A stretch of DNA of 64,000 bases, from the NCBI RefSeq assembly GCF_009914755.1, contig NC_060928.1. One strand, 5' to 3'. A program made the position numbers and the translations under genes. The notes beneath the pieces are model-generated. The model was not told where the DNA came from. It saw nothing but the letters and a program-made list of their open reading frames with translations, and searched no databases. The stretch is from the human T2T-CHM13v2.0 reference genome, Homo sapiens. Numbering within the stretch: position 1 is the stretch's first letter; every line of letters starts with the position of its first letter. Shown here in pieces: positions 26,368 to 39,266 of this stretch.

Positions 26368-26829
26368 CTGTGGTAATGCTATGGTCTTGAAAATTCACAA
26401 GGTACAGTTATATAATAGAGGCTCTTATCAATTTGGTAACAAATATTTAACTATTTTTCTTTAATTTTTTTATCTTTAGTAAACTTCTGTGGCTTTTTCC
26501 TGCAACATTCTTTAAAATTTCTTGGGGAAAATGTTACAAGGAACACACTTTGAGAAATCCTGCCATCCTGTCCAGACATGCTGGACTAAGGTCAGTTAGA
26601 CACATAGTATGTTCATTCTGACTCTGTGTTGGAGAGTTGGGTTCACAAAGTTTTGGAACAACCAAAATTCAAAGATGTCATCTTTGAAAAGAAAAGTAGA
26701 ATTGGGCACATCACCAAATGAAATCTCAGAAAAATGGTTATCAAACCCAATGTGCATTTGTACTCTTGTGTTGTCTCAGACATTTCTCTTTTTCATAGTC
26801 TTATTTCATCTGCCAGCAAATTCTGAACA

Positions 26830-27460
26830 TGACCAATGTTTTACCATTGCCTTTGTTCCCATTCTGTTCCACACCATTCTAACCAGTATTTCTACTTTGG
26901 TACTTGCACCTCTTCAGTCTGTTTTCATGCAAGCAACCAGAGAGTGCTTGCAAGTGTCATTCAGATGCCATCACACTCCACTGCACACTTATTTTACAAA
27001 TCCATTTCTCACCTGTAGTAGAAGCCAAAGTTCTTGCAATGGTTCTGGTAGTCGTATGCTCTCTGACCACCATGACCTTTCTGGGCTCAGGCTCTACCTG
27101 TTCCTCCACTCCAGCCGGCTGGGCTCCTCTCTGCCTCTTGAACATCAGACACGCTGTCACTCCTGGGCTTTTGCACATGCACTTTCTATACCAGGAATAT
27201 TGTTCTTTTCACATACACATGCACTTGCTTCCTCACATCCTACAGGGTTTTTTTGAATGTCACCTTCCCAATGAGGCCTTCTGTGACAACCCCTTGAAAA
27301 GCAGAACCCTTCAGCATGCCCGATTTGCCTTTCCTGAATTATTTTTCTCAATCTACGTTTCAAGAGGGCATGCATGTTTTATTCATTCATGTCTTTCTGT
27401 TACCTAAAACATTCACCAGCATATAGTTGAAGCTCAATAAATCCTTTTTTTGAGTGAACT
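26830..27460 (+). mobile_element. L2 3' region
   Basis: ggcttttgcacatgc...aatgtcaccttc...gctcaataaat. Confidence 0.7.
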
Positions 27461-27729
27461 GATTAACTTTGTTTGAATTGCAAATGTTCCCATTCTATTA
27501 TGCTGCATATCATCTACTGATTCATTCATTCATTTGCAACAAAGGAGTGTCTATTATGTATCTGATGCTCTGGTTCTATAATGGTGAAGGAAACAAACAT
27601 AATTGTGAATGGAATTTACTTGTCAATTGAAATACATAAGTCATTTTTAGTTGTTTTGTTTTTGTAAATTTTTGGTTCTCACCCTAACAACACTAAAAAT
27701 CTTGTTTTATATAAAATTACAGCCAATAT

Positions 27730-27950
27730 TGTTAGGGTGTAACTTCTTTGCTATGCAATTTGTTGAGGATCTTATATGCATTTTTTTATTTAATCCCTCA
27801 AAACCTATGACATATGTAACATTAGGATCACCATTTAACAGATGAAAAGGCAGACACCTCAAAACAGTAATTTCTCCCATAGTGTCTTATAACTCTTAAG
27901 TGGTAGAGCTCAGATTTTAATTCACATAAACTGTATCCACAAATCAGAAT
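27730..27950 (-). mobile_element. MIR
   Basis: atttaatccctcaaaacctatga...ccatttaacagatgaaa...taagtggtagagct. Confidence 0.7.
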
Positions 27951-28039
27951 TCTTTTTTTGCCTTCCCTTTACTTGTAGTCTGGATATTTTTGAAAAAATA
28001 TACTAATATCCACTGCTCTCAAACATTGAATCAGAAATA

Positions 28040-28890
28040 TCTTTTTGAGCTCTTACTATTCTCCTATACAAACAAGAGGGACAGGCCATTGACCTCCTGG
28101 GCTTTGTATTATGGTGAAAGCATCAGATAGTTAAACTTAAAAAAAAAAAAACAGAAACAATACATAAGTAAACAGATGAATGAACGAATATATAAGAAGC
28201 TAAAACACAGCAACATGATAGGGAATAATCCAGTGGCCTCTTCAGATTTGATGGTCTGGAGAGCACCTCTGGGAAAATGACATTTAATTTGACACCTGAA
28301 GACCAAAAAGAGCATGCCATGTGATTTCAGAAAAGACTTTGCAAGCAAAAAGATTAGCTAATACAAAGATCCTTATGTTGAAATACATTTGACCTACTTG
28401 AAAGGCAGGGGATGGCCAGTAGAGCTGGAAGGGTGTAGCTAGCAATGAGCAGTAAGGAATAATGGTGTAAAGGTGGGCAAGGACCCCGTGACACAGACCT
28501 TTGTAAGGATAAACAAGGAGTTTGGATTTTGTTCAGCATCAGTAATGGATTTTGCAGAAGAGTGGAAGCAAGAGAGCAACTTGGAGACCACTGCAATAAT
28601 CCATTAGGGAACGAAACGTGGCTCAGTTCAGAATGGAGGCAGTGGAGATAGAGCTAAGTCAAGGACATGCTTTGGAAGTCAATCTATAGGACTTGCTGAA
28701 AGAAGGCAAGTTGGGGGTGAGGGAAAGGGGGTATGCTCAAGAGTAGCTTTGAGGTTTTGGCTCTCAGCGTGGCTGACAATGTCATTCCTGTGATGCAGAA
28801 GACTGGGGTAGGCAAAGGATCGGGACATGGTAAAAAGAGATAACGAGTTCCGTTTGGGGCTTGGTAGGTTTGAGGTATGCACTAACCAGC
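28040..28890 (-). mobile_element. L2 fragment
   Basis: ggagtttggattttgttc...gagaccactgcaataatcc...gaggttttggct...gagttccgtttgggg. Confidence 0.75.
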
Positions 28891-28892
28891 TG

Positions 28893-29402
28893 TGTAGAAT
28901 ATATTTTATTTGACCCTCCCACTGATTCTCCTGTCTTTTCCATCAGGCTTGTTATCCTGGGAGACTGACCATGGTATCATGGACCTCCATGCTCTGTCTC
29001 TTCCAGTTGGTTTTATCCAATAGAAAGTGCCAGAATATTAGACAATGGAACGTGAGTGAAAGCAGGACATAGATCACCCAGGCTCCTTGCTTGTGTGGCC
29101 TGCAAGGGTTAACTGCATTCCTCTTCTGAAGGCCACAGCTCCCAGCTGATGATTCTTTCCTCTGTTTCCTTCTACATATACTGTAGCCACTTCTGTTCTC
29201 CTCTTGCCTTTTCGGGTCTCATGGTCTAAGTGCTCCCCTTATTGCTAGTTCAGGGTTTTGTCTTGTCCCTTGTTGGTTTTCCTGAACTCCACCTAACCTT
29301 TGGAAGTATAGTCCTTTTAGTTTAAAACATGGTCACTTATGCAGAATTTAAATTGTGGATTGACATGTGCCATCTCTTTGCTACTGTGCCCCCAAGTAAT
29401 AC
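28893..29402 (+). mobile_element. LTR33-like ERVL LTR inserted in L2
   Basis: ttccagttggttttatccaatag...ttctgaaggccacagctcc; L2 resumes afterwards. Confidence 0.65.
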
Positions 29403-30559
29403 AAGAATGAACTGGAAAAGCCAAGCATGCTCAGGAGTTACAGTGAGGGGTGAAGACTGGAGTTCAGGGTTTGAAGGTCATTCATTTATAAATGATGCTG
29501 CAAGTCATGACATTGGGTTAGCTCACCCAGGATAAATTTTCTGCACCCTTAAGATCTACTCTCAGCAGAGCTCACTGCTTTTTAGCTAGAGGTGCAATGA
29601 GCACACTGGCTTGCTATCTCTTCCATTTCCCCCTGGGCTTCCTCTAACAAAGGCAGTGACAAGCTATTAACAGGGCTCCCCTTCCAAACTTCCATTTCAA
29701 GTCAAGTTTTACCAAAGTCATTATCTCTTTAATTTGCTCCCTGGGATGCTTGCTCACAAATAAGTAGCACCCGCAAGTGGGATGGAGCCTGCTTTCATCT
29801 GCTTTCTATTTTAAAATGTATTTTTTTCTTCTTGAGGATGATAGTTATATTGACAAATCTTCCATATGGGATAAACTGTGTGCATCAGATTCATCAAGGA
29901 TTCCATTAAAGCTCTGCCAGTGAGGTCAGTTACCCAGCAAAGCATGATAATGGATTTGGTTTCAATAGACCAAGTATTCAAATTCAGGTGAAAGCTGGCA
30001 GACAGGCAATTAATATTTTACACAGAGGTGTTTTGGTTATTAATAACACACTGAACATAAAAGGCAACTAAAAATCCCCAACATTCCATTGCAAAGGGAA
30101 CGGCTGAAAGCCAATTTCCGAAGGGTGAAAGTAGCTTCTGGGGGCTCCGGATTAATTACATGCGATCTATCTCTCTAATTACCACGGGAAGTGGTAGCTT
30201 CTATTATTTAATTGAAGTTGTTGTTGCTTAATTTTTTTTTTTATTTTCTAAGGAACAATTAATAGCATGAGAAGAGGCAAGCATTAGCTTTGTGGAGCTT
30301 TATTTGGGCTTCCTAGAACCCAATCCTATGCAGTTTTCTAGGCAAAATTTATAACTTGCCTCCTCCACGACGGGTACCTGAATTCTTGTAGCAGGTACAA
30401 GAATCTTTTATCTGAGTTTCTGTAGAACCTATTAGAACCATACCATCAGATTAAGAATTTTCAACATGTTGTCACCTCCTTGGAATTCTAGGTTCCTTGG
30501 ACCCACTGTTTAAAATCGTTAATGTAGAACTTGGTTGAATTCTAAATTGGAAATCTTGA

Positions 30560-30920
<361 letters not shown>

Positions 30921-31254
30921 CGCATTGTTCTTTTTTGACAGTTGCAGAAAACCCTTTATTATGGTTTTTATAATCCCCAAATTACCTCCCTTCTGATACC
31001 TAGGAAAACTAGACTTCTGAAAGGTCAGACACTGACAGAAATTTCAGAGATTTTCCAATCCAAATCCCACACTTTCCTGACGTGAAAACAGAAGCAAAGG
31101 ACAACAAACAAAAAATAATCAGCCCAGATTTATTAAGCTTAGTAACAGAGCCTGTATTTTGGAATCAAAATCTCCTCATTAGGAAACTGAGTTTCATTTT
31201 CCTACCTAAGGAATGTTTGTCCATTGATAAAATAGTGATTGACAAAGTTTAGAT

Positions 31255-31420
31255 TGGTGCTTCTCAAACGTCAGTATTCACATAGCTCTCAGAGGGATCG
31301 TGTTAAAATGCAGATTCTGATTTGGTGCGCCCCAGTGAAGCCTGAGATTCTGCTTTTTAACAAGCTCCTAGATGACGCTGATGCTACCAGTCCACAAACC
31401 ACTCTTTGAAAAGCAAAGAT
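31255..31420. mobile_element. MER5A hAT MITE
   Basis: tgcttctcaaac...tgttaaaatgcagattctg...gagattctgctttttaacaagctcc...actctttgaaaagca. Confidence 0.85.
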
Positions 31421-31460
31421 TTTTAAAAGGCTCAATGCAGATTAGAATAATATGACGCCT

Positions 31461-33256
31461 ATAGGGGGCAACTGTTCATTTTGTACTACTTTCCAGAATT
31501 ATTTCCTTCATCTTCTGACACTAGCATCTAAGTTTTATCGACCCAGCCCTTCCTTCTCTCCCGCAAACTGTTAATCTGAGGTCCTCAAGTCCATCCAATG
31601 CTTTCCTACCTCCCAGCTCCAGGAATACGCTAGTGGTGGAAGAGTCATCTTGGGATCAGGTGTTTGCTTGTAGGCCACGGGTGGGCTTTTAGTTCACGTG
31701 TGGGCTTGTAGGCACACCTGGCAAATGAGTACATTCTACACCCTTGGGCTTATTGATTATTTTTTCAATGGGCATATGATGCAACCCATGTAGATCAGAG
31801 ACATTACAAAGTGTGTTAGTGTTATTGAGGAACACACAATGATTTTTCTCTGGACTCATTGAGAGCCACAGTAGCCATAACATTGTTTAAAAATGTGTGC
31901 CCAGAAAAGAATTCAGTACCTAGGCATGTAGGTCTAGAGAGGGAGAAAGGGTTTGCATTCTGATGACACCATTGAACGCCTGCATCCAGGTGACCATTGA
32001 ACACCTGCATCCAGGTGACCATTGAGTGCCTGCATCCAGGTGACCATAAAGTGCCTGCATCCAGGTGACCATAGAATGCCTGCATCCAGGTGACCATTGA
32101 GTGCCTGCATCCAGGTGACCATTGAATGCCTGCATCCAATTGACTATTGAGTGCCTGCATCCAGGTGACCATTGAATGCCTGCATCCAATTGACTATTGA
32201 GTGCCTGCATCCAGGTGACCATTGAATGCCTGCATCCAATTGACTATGAGTGCCTGCATCCAGGTGACCATTGAATGCCTGCATCCAAATGACTATTGAG
32301 TGCCTGCATCCAGGTGACCATTGAACACCTGCATCCAGGTGACCATTGAGTGCCTGCATCCAGCTGGCCATTGAATCCCTGCATCCAGGTGGCCATTGAA
32401 TGCCTGCATCCAGATGACCATAGAATGCCTGCATCCAGGTGACCATAGAGTGCCTGCATCCAGGTGACCATAGAATGCTTGCATCCAGGTGACCATTGAG
32501 TGCCTGCATCCAGGTGACCATAAAGTGCCTGCATCCAGGTGACCATAGAATGCCTGCATCCAGGTGACCATTGAGTGCCTGCATCCAGGTGACCATTGAA
32601 TGCCTGCATCCAATTGACTATTGAGTGCCTGCATCCAGGTGACCATTGAATGCCTGCATCCAATTGACTATTGAATGCCTGCATCCAGGTGACCATTGAA
32701 TGCCTGCATCCAATTGACTATTGAGTGCCTGCATCCAGGTGACCATTGAACACCTGCATCCAGGTGACCATTGAGTGCCTGCATCCAGGTGGCCATTGAA
32801 TGCCTGCATCCAGGTGGCCATTGAATGCCTGCATCCAGATGACCATAGAATGCCTGCATCCAGGTGACCATTGAGTGCCTGCATCCAGGTGACCATAGAG
32901 TGCCTGCATCCAGGTGACCATAGAGTGCCTGCATCCAGGTGACCATTGAACGCCTGCATCCAGGTGACCATTGAGTGCCTGCATCCAGGTGACCATTGAA
33001 TGCCTGTATCCAGGTGGCCATTGAATGACTGCATCCAGGTGGCCATAGAATGCCTGCATCCAGGTGACCATTGAATGCCTGCATCCAGGTGACCATTGAG
33101 TGCCTGCATCCAGGTGACCATTGAATATCTGAATGCAGTTGTACCTGATGCTAGCTTAACCTCCTCGACCTTTCTGTTTTATGAGCCAATAACTTCCCAA
33201 TTTTTTCTTGAATTGAACTTCTGCCATTTGTAACCAGAAGAATCTTGTTTAATATA
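31461..33256 (+). mobile_element. Old MLT1 (J/K/L-like) LTR split by the minisatellite; left boundary approximate
   Basis: Left of the array gagagggaga...ctgatgacacc; right of it tacctgatgctagc...tgagccaataa...tgccatttgtaaccagaagaatcttgtttaatata, matching an MLT1 LTR 3' end. Confidence 0.7.
31969..33127. repeat. 25-bp minisatellite/VNTR, 46 units plus a degenerate 47th; consensus CCATTGARTGCCTGCATCCAGGTGA
   Basis: Units enumerated by hand; one 24-bp unit at 32244. Confidence 0.99.
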
Positions 33257-33589
33257 GTTTCTGTCAGGAAGGATTAGGAAAGGTAACTTAAAAAAAGTCA
33301 AACAGTCGAACAGTTTAGAGAAATGGAAATTTGTTAACAAGCTACTCTGAAACCTCTGAACTCCTAGAAACTGAAGATTCTCAGGCGTCCCAGAAAACTT
33401 CACTGAGCCCCAGCTACTTACACAGGCAGAGGCAATCAAAGGCTTTGAGCTCTCTCATTCCTGAGCTCCCTGCCTGTCCATCCTGAAAGGAGTTCCAGAG
33501 AGAGTTTCTCCTACCCATGGTCCTACATAGAGGGTGCATTGCCTTTAATTCCTGTACATTCTTTTTACATCATAAACCCTTCATAGGAC

Positions 33590-33760
33590 AGGACCATGTC
33601 ATCAGGCATACTTGGGTTCGAAGCCTGCCCTTGCCTCTTGCCATCTGCATGACCTTAACAGTCAACTTCACATCCCAGAGCCTCCCATGTCATATCAGCA
33701 GGACAAGGACAGGAAATCCGTCCTTGCCCGGCTACTGAGCAGATTAAATGAGATGCTCTG
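33590..33760 (+). mobile_element. MIR
   Basis: tgggttcgaagcctg...catgaccttaa...gattaaatgagat. Confidence 0.7.
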
Positions 33761-34829
33761 AGTGGAGTTGGAGTTGATTATATATCAGTCTCTTTCTCTT
33801 ATTCTTCTCATTTCATTATCCAGGCATTTGTCTTTCTCCCCCACTTTTTTTTTCTGATATGCCCATTCTGATTGGGAACTCCCTTTAACTTTTTTGGGAA
33901 CCTTTTGCTGGCTCCAGTATCTCTACTGCCAACCAGAGACCCACACATCCCCCATTTCTCTCCATTGATCATTTCCTTGCAAAAATACCAGGGTCCCTAC
34001 ACTCAGAGGGCTTAGTTATAAGTTTAAACAACTCAAGGTTAATGCTGAGGGTGAATCAAAAGTATGCATATTATGAGGCTATAAAAATACGTTTTTCAAA
34101 AGGACGCTGTAATAATATTAGCTGGTAATTCCTCTTTGGAGTCAGCTAAAATCTCTGCCTAGAATTTGAGTGGCTGCTGGCAGCTGGAGCCCCTCCCAAT
34201 GCATCCATGCTTGCTAGCCCTTCAACATGGAAGACATCGAGAAGGTTGTGGGAAAACACTTAGCATTTCTTGGGAAAATGAGGGAACATACTGATAACCT
34301 TTAGCCAACATGCATAGGGCAGTGTGGCCACTCTCCATTCTTCAATCGACTTCACTGTCTGGCTGGTCTCTCAACATTGTACCACTAAGGACAACGAGGA
34401 GTTGAAACCTAGAGAAATGAGCCCCATAGGAGCTTCACTTGCTCCTTTCTGTTTCTTTGTTTTGTTTTGGAAATATGACACACCAAGAAGCAGTGTGTGT
34501 GCTTAAGGAGCAGTGGCTTGCTGAACATCCTGTACAGTGACGCTTCACAGTTCAGAACCTCTTTTTCAGAAATGCATCTTAAGTCCAATTCAATGCAAAA
34601 ACCCTAAAAGTGTAATCTCATCTGCTCACCAGGGTTGCCTCTAAAGTAAAATGCCTTATCCATGGTGAGAGATGCTCCCAGAGAGATATTTTAGGATGAG
34701 GAGAAAACCAGAGGAGCAGCAAGAAGGAACACATGAAGACAGACGGGGATGGACGAGGAGCACAAAGACTATGTTCCAATCCTGGTTCAGTTAATAGTAA
34801 AATGCTTTTCTAGTTGGTCTCTGTTTCAC

Positions 34830-35310
34830 TCTTGCTTCTCCATTGTTCACATACATTTACTCTTATAAAATGGAAATTTGATCCTGCAGTTTCCCTGCTT
34901 AAAACCCTCAAATGATTTCCCCTTATATTGGTGTCAAACCCCAACTCTTTGTGGCTTCCTGCATTCTGGACTCAATGTTTTCATCTACTTTTTGAATACA
35001 GCAGCCTTATTTCACCATAGATCTTTGCACTTGCTTCATGAAATGCATTTTCCCTAGAACTCTGCATGATCACCTGTTTCTCCACATTCAGGTCCTCATG
35101 TTATTATTACTTCTTTCAAAATGGTTTCTCTGACCTCCCTACATAACACAATGCAGCCCCCACCCATTCTCTGTTACATCTTTCTGTTGTATTTTGCGCC
35201 AGGTAGCGTTTGACAGAAATGATCTCGTTTATTCATTCTTTCCTTCTTTTCATTCTGTCTTTCTTTTCATTGTGCCTCCCATGAAATAGTTAATAAATAT
35301 CTATGAATGG
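34830..35310 (+). mobile_element. L2 fragment
   Basis: ccctgcttaaaaccctcaaatg...tctttgcacttgc...taataaatatctatgaatg. Confidence 0.7.
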
Positions 35311-36917
35311 CCGAATTAGTCGTGTGGCTTCATATAAACTACTTAATCTCTCTAGTTCTCAGTGTCTACATTTATAAATTCAAGACATTCTAAAAGGAAG
35401 TCCTTCAATATATGAACTCTCTACCCTTTGGGCTTGAATTTAAGATTTGAGATTGTGATAGATAAAATTCTTCAACAATGAGACAAGGGATTAGCCCTTG
35501 AGTGGCTAAAAATCTGGTGACATTAACCCAACTAAGAAAAAATTAGTTAAAATATTGATAACTCTAATTAAGTCCATAGTTACATGCTGCCAGTGTATTC
35601 ACATGATAAAGAAGGCAAATGTCATTCTAAACAAGTGGATGTCTAGCAAACTTCATGGAACAGAACATACTGGAACTGAGCCTTGGAGGATGAGCCAGAT
35701 ATGGACAAACATTCCACATTATTAATGTACTTTTAGATCCCATTCTTCTCTGCACTTGGGGTGCTAGCACATGGTGTTATGGCAAAGCATGGAGTCCAGC
35801 TGAATTGCCAGTTTTGTGACCTTTAGTTAGTGGTTTATCTACTTGAACCTGTGTCTTCTTCTCAGAATGGGATTAATGGTATCAACTACAAAGTGTTGGA
35901 GAACTTGATTAAATTGTATTACACAAAACATTTCATGATGCCTGTGAGCATGTGAAGCAGTGACTCATCCTATTAGGCTCTCCTCAAATATTAAATATTT
36001 TTAAAAGAAGGGGGAAAATGTGGGAGTAAATGTTTCAAGTTTCTAGTCACCATAAGTTTTGGGCAATACACTTCCTGTATAATTTTACGAGTCACTTCAC
36101 ATTCTTTCACATTTATCCATGCCAGGTTTGGTGTTGGAGACTAGGTGACCCTTAGAAGCTCATAGTCATGAAAGGAATTTACACATACCTCCTTTCTATA
36201 AACTTCAATATATTGAGGTAAGTGCAAACACAGAGGTTCTTCTAATGTCGGAAATTCTCAAGGATAAGCCCTAAGACCTTCAGAAATGTCTCAAGTTTGG
36301 GAATATTACTAGGAAAAATACCATTTCTCCCATAAATGATTGGTAAGATAACCAAAATGTTTTTTGTCTCAGAAGTGTCCTCTAAAAAGGACTAAACCTG
36401 GTACATGCTGTATTCTAAGAAAGAACTCAAACTGTTTCAAACATCTTTTTTACTTTATCTTCACCACCAGCAATAGAGGATGCCCTTCTTTTCTAGTCAT
36501 TTTTCAAGAAGAAAAGTCTAAATCACTTGTGACAGGGCTAGCAGGGCTGGAAGTAGGATGAGTCAAGTGAGGCCAGGTCATGCAAGTGTAGTCTGGTCTT
36601 GCCTGCCTTTAAAATATGACATTTTGTTTAGCTTGGGTTTTTTGGCATTAATTTTGCTTTTTAGATACCATATTAAATATATCAAAATAAAATATAAATA
36701 TATTATGTATCTTATTACTGAGATTTTTGGAACTCCTTAAATTTTGCTCTTAAGGCAGATCTCTTGCTCATAGTCTTCCCCATAGTCCGATTCCTGCGGG
36801 GTAGATATATGACTGTGAGTAGAGAAAGCAGATCTGGGCTCAGTAGAGACAGCAATCAGTCAGTTGGACTCAGATGATAATGAACTGAGTAGATGCTGCA
36901 CCAGGAAAGTTTTATCC

Positions 36918-39266
36918 TGTATTAGTGTGTTTTCACATTGTTTATAAAGATATACCCAAGACTGGGGAATTTACAAAAGGCAGTGGTTTAATTGGACTCA
37001 CAGTTCCACGTGGCTAGGGAGGCCTCACGATCATGGTGGAAGGCAAGGAGGAGCAAGTCACACTTTACGTGGATGGGGGCAGGCAAAGGCAGAGCTAGTG
37101 CAGGGAATCCCACTTTTAAAACTATCAGATCTGGTAAGACTCATTCACTATCACGAGAACAGCACAGGAAAGACCCACCACCATAATTCAATCATCTCCC
37201 ACCATGTCTCTCTCATAATATGTGGGAATTATGGGAGCTACAAGATAAGATCTGGATGGGGACACAGAGCCAAACAATATCATTCTGCCCCAGGCCCTTC
37301 CGAATTTCATATCTTCACATTTCAAAACCTATCATGCCTTTCCAACAGTCCCATGAAGTCTCAACACATTTCAGCACTAAATCAAAAGTCCATAGTCCAA
37401 AGTCTCATCCAAGACAAGGCAAGTCTTTTCTGCCTGTGAGCTTATAAAATCAAAAGCAAGTTAGTTAGTTCCTAGATACAATGGGGGTACAGGCTTTGGG
37501 TAAATACAACCATTCCAAATGGGAGAAACTGGCCAAACAAAGGAGCTATAGGCCCCAGACAAGTCCTAAATCCAGTGGGGCAGTCAAATCTTAAAGCTCC
37601 AAAATGATCTCCTTTGACTCCGTGTCTTACATCCAGGTCACGCTGATGCAACAGGTAGATTCCCATAGTCTTCAGCAGCTTTGCCCCCGTGGATTTGCAG
37701 GGTACAGCCTCCCTCCTGGCTGCTTTCACGGGCTGGCATTGAGTGTCTGTGGCTTTTCTAGTGCCTGTGGGTTTTCTAGGCACACGGTGCAAGATGTTGG
37801 TGGGTCTACCATTCTGGGTTCTGGAGGATGGTGGCCTCTTCTCACCCCTTCACTAAGCAGTGCCCCCTGTAGTAACTCTGTGTGGGGCTTCGATCCCACA
37901 TTTCCCTTCTGCACTGTCCTAGCAGAGGTTCTCCATGAGACCCCCACCCCCATAGCAAACTTCTGCCTGGACATCCAGGTGTTTCCATACATGGTCTGAA
38001 ATCTAGGTGGAGGTTCCCAAACCTCAGTTCTTGACTTCTATGCACTGGCAGGCTCAACATCACATGGAAGCTGCCAAGGCTTTAGACTTGAAGGCTGAAG
38101 CCATGGCCCAAGGTCTACATTGCCCCCTTTCAGCATGGCTGAAGTGACTGGGATGCAGGGCACCAAGTACCTAGGTTTCACACAGCACGGGGACTCTGGA
38201 CCCAGCCCACAAAACCACTTTTTACTCCTAGGCCTCCAGGCCTGTAATGGGAGGGGCTACAGTGAAGACCTTGACATGCCCTGGATGCATTTTCCTCGCT
38301 GTCTTGGGAATTAACATTTGGCTCCTTGTTATTTATGCAAATTTCTGCAGCTGGCTTGAATTTCTCCTTATGAAATGTGACTTTCATGAAATCGGAAAAT
38401 GTGATTTGCTTTTCTACCACATTGTCCTGTTGCAAATTTTCCAAACTTTTATATTCTGCTTCCCTTATGTAACTGAATGCCTTTAACAACACCCAAGTCA
38501 CATCTTTAATGCTTTGCTGCTTAGAAAGTTCTTCTACTAGATACCCTAAATCATCTCCCTCAAGTTCAAAGTTCCATAAATGTCTAGGGTAGGTTCAAAT
38601 GCCACCATTGTCTTTGCTAAAATGTAACAAGAGTCACCTTTGCTCCAGTTCCCAACAAGTTCCTCATTTCCCTCTGAGACCAACTCAGCCTGGACCTTAT
38701 TATTCATATCACTATCAGCATTTTTGTCAAAGTCATTCAACAAGTCTCTAGGAAGTTACAAACTTTCCCACATTTTCCTGTATTCTTCTGAGCCCTCCAA
38801 ATTGTTCCAACCTCTGCCTGTTACCCATTTTCAAAGTCATTTCCACATTTTCAGGTATCTTTTCAGCAACACCCCACTCTACTCTTACTAATTTACTCTA
38901 TTAGTCTGTTTTAACACTGCTGATAAAGACATATCTGAGACTGGGTAAATTACAAAAGAAAGAGGTTAAACAGAGAACTTACAGTTCCACGTGACTCGGG
39001 AGGCCTCACAATCATGGCAGAAGGCAAGGAGGAGCAAGTCACAGCTTCTGTGGATGGCAACAGGCAAAGAGAGGGCCTATTCAGGGCAACTCCTGTTTTT
39101 AAAACCGTCAGATCTCATGAGACCGATTCACTATCACGAGAACAGCATTGGAAAAGACCTGCCCCATAATTTAATCATCTCCCATCTGGTCCCTCCCACA
39201 ACACGTGGGAATTATGGGAGCCACTAGGTGAGATTTGGGTGGGGACACAGATCCAAACCCATATCA
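36918..39266 (-). mobile_element. Two-LTR THE1 (A/B-like) MaLR provirus: LTR 36918-37282, internal region 37283-38896, LTR 38897-39266
   Basis: Two homologous LTRs flank a THE1 internal region; exact 5-bp TSD TATCC at 36913-36917 and 39267-39271. Confidence 0.96.

Noticed and set aside
26609-27407. 215-aa and 167-aa ORFs, the former the longest in the track
   Set aside because: They overlap decayed L2, show no recognisable domain and have random-like composition
30382-30404. 9-bp-arm hairpin attcttgta-gcagg-tacaagaat
   Set aside because: Short AT-rich arms are within chance expectation
31822-33121. Repetitive ORFs (MVTWMQALNGHLDAGIQWSPGCRHS)n on the minus strand
   Set aside because: A 25-bp period yields the same 25-aa repeat in all three frames; stops interrupt them and there is no splice or promoter evidence
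31969-33127. CRISPR-like array
   Set aside because: Units are head-to-tail with no unique spacers, there are no cas genes, and the context is primate DNA
37472-38891. ORFs in the THE1 internal region
   Set aside because: Broken remnants of the MaLR internal sequence; no intact frame
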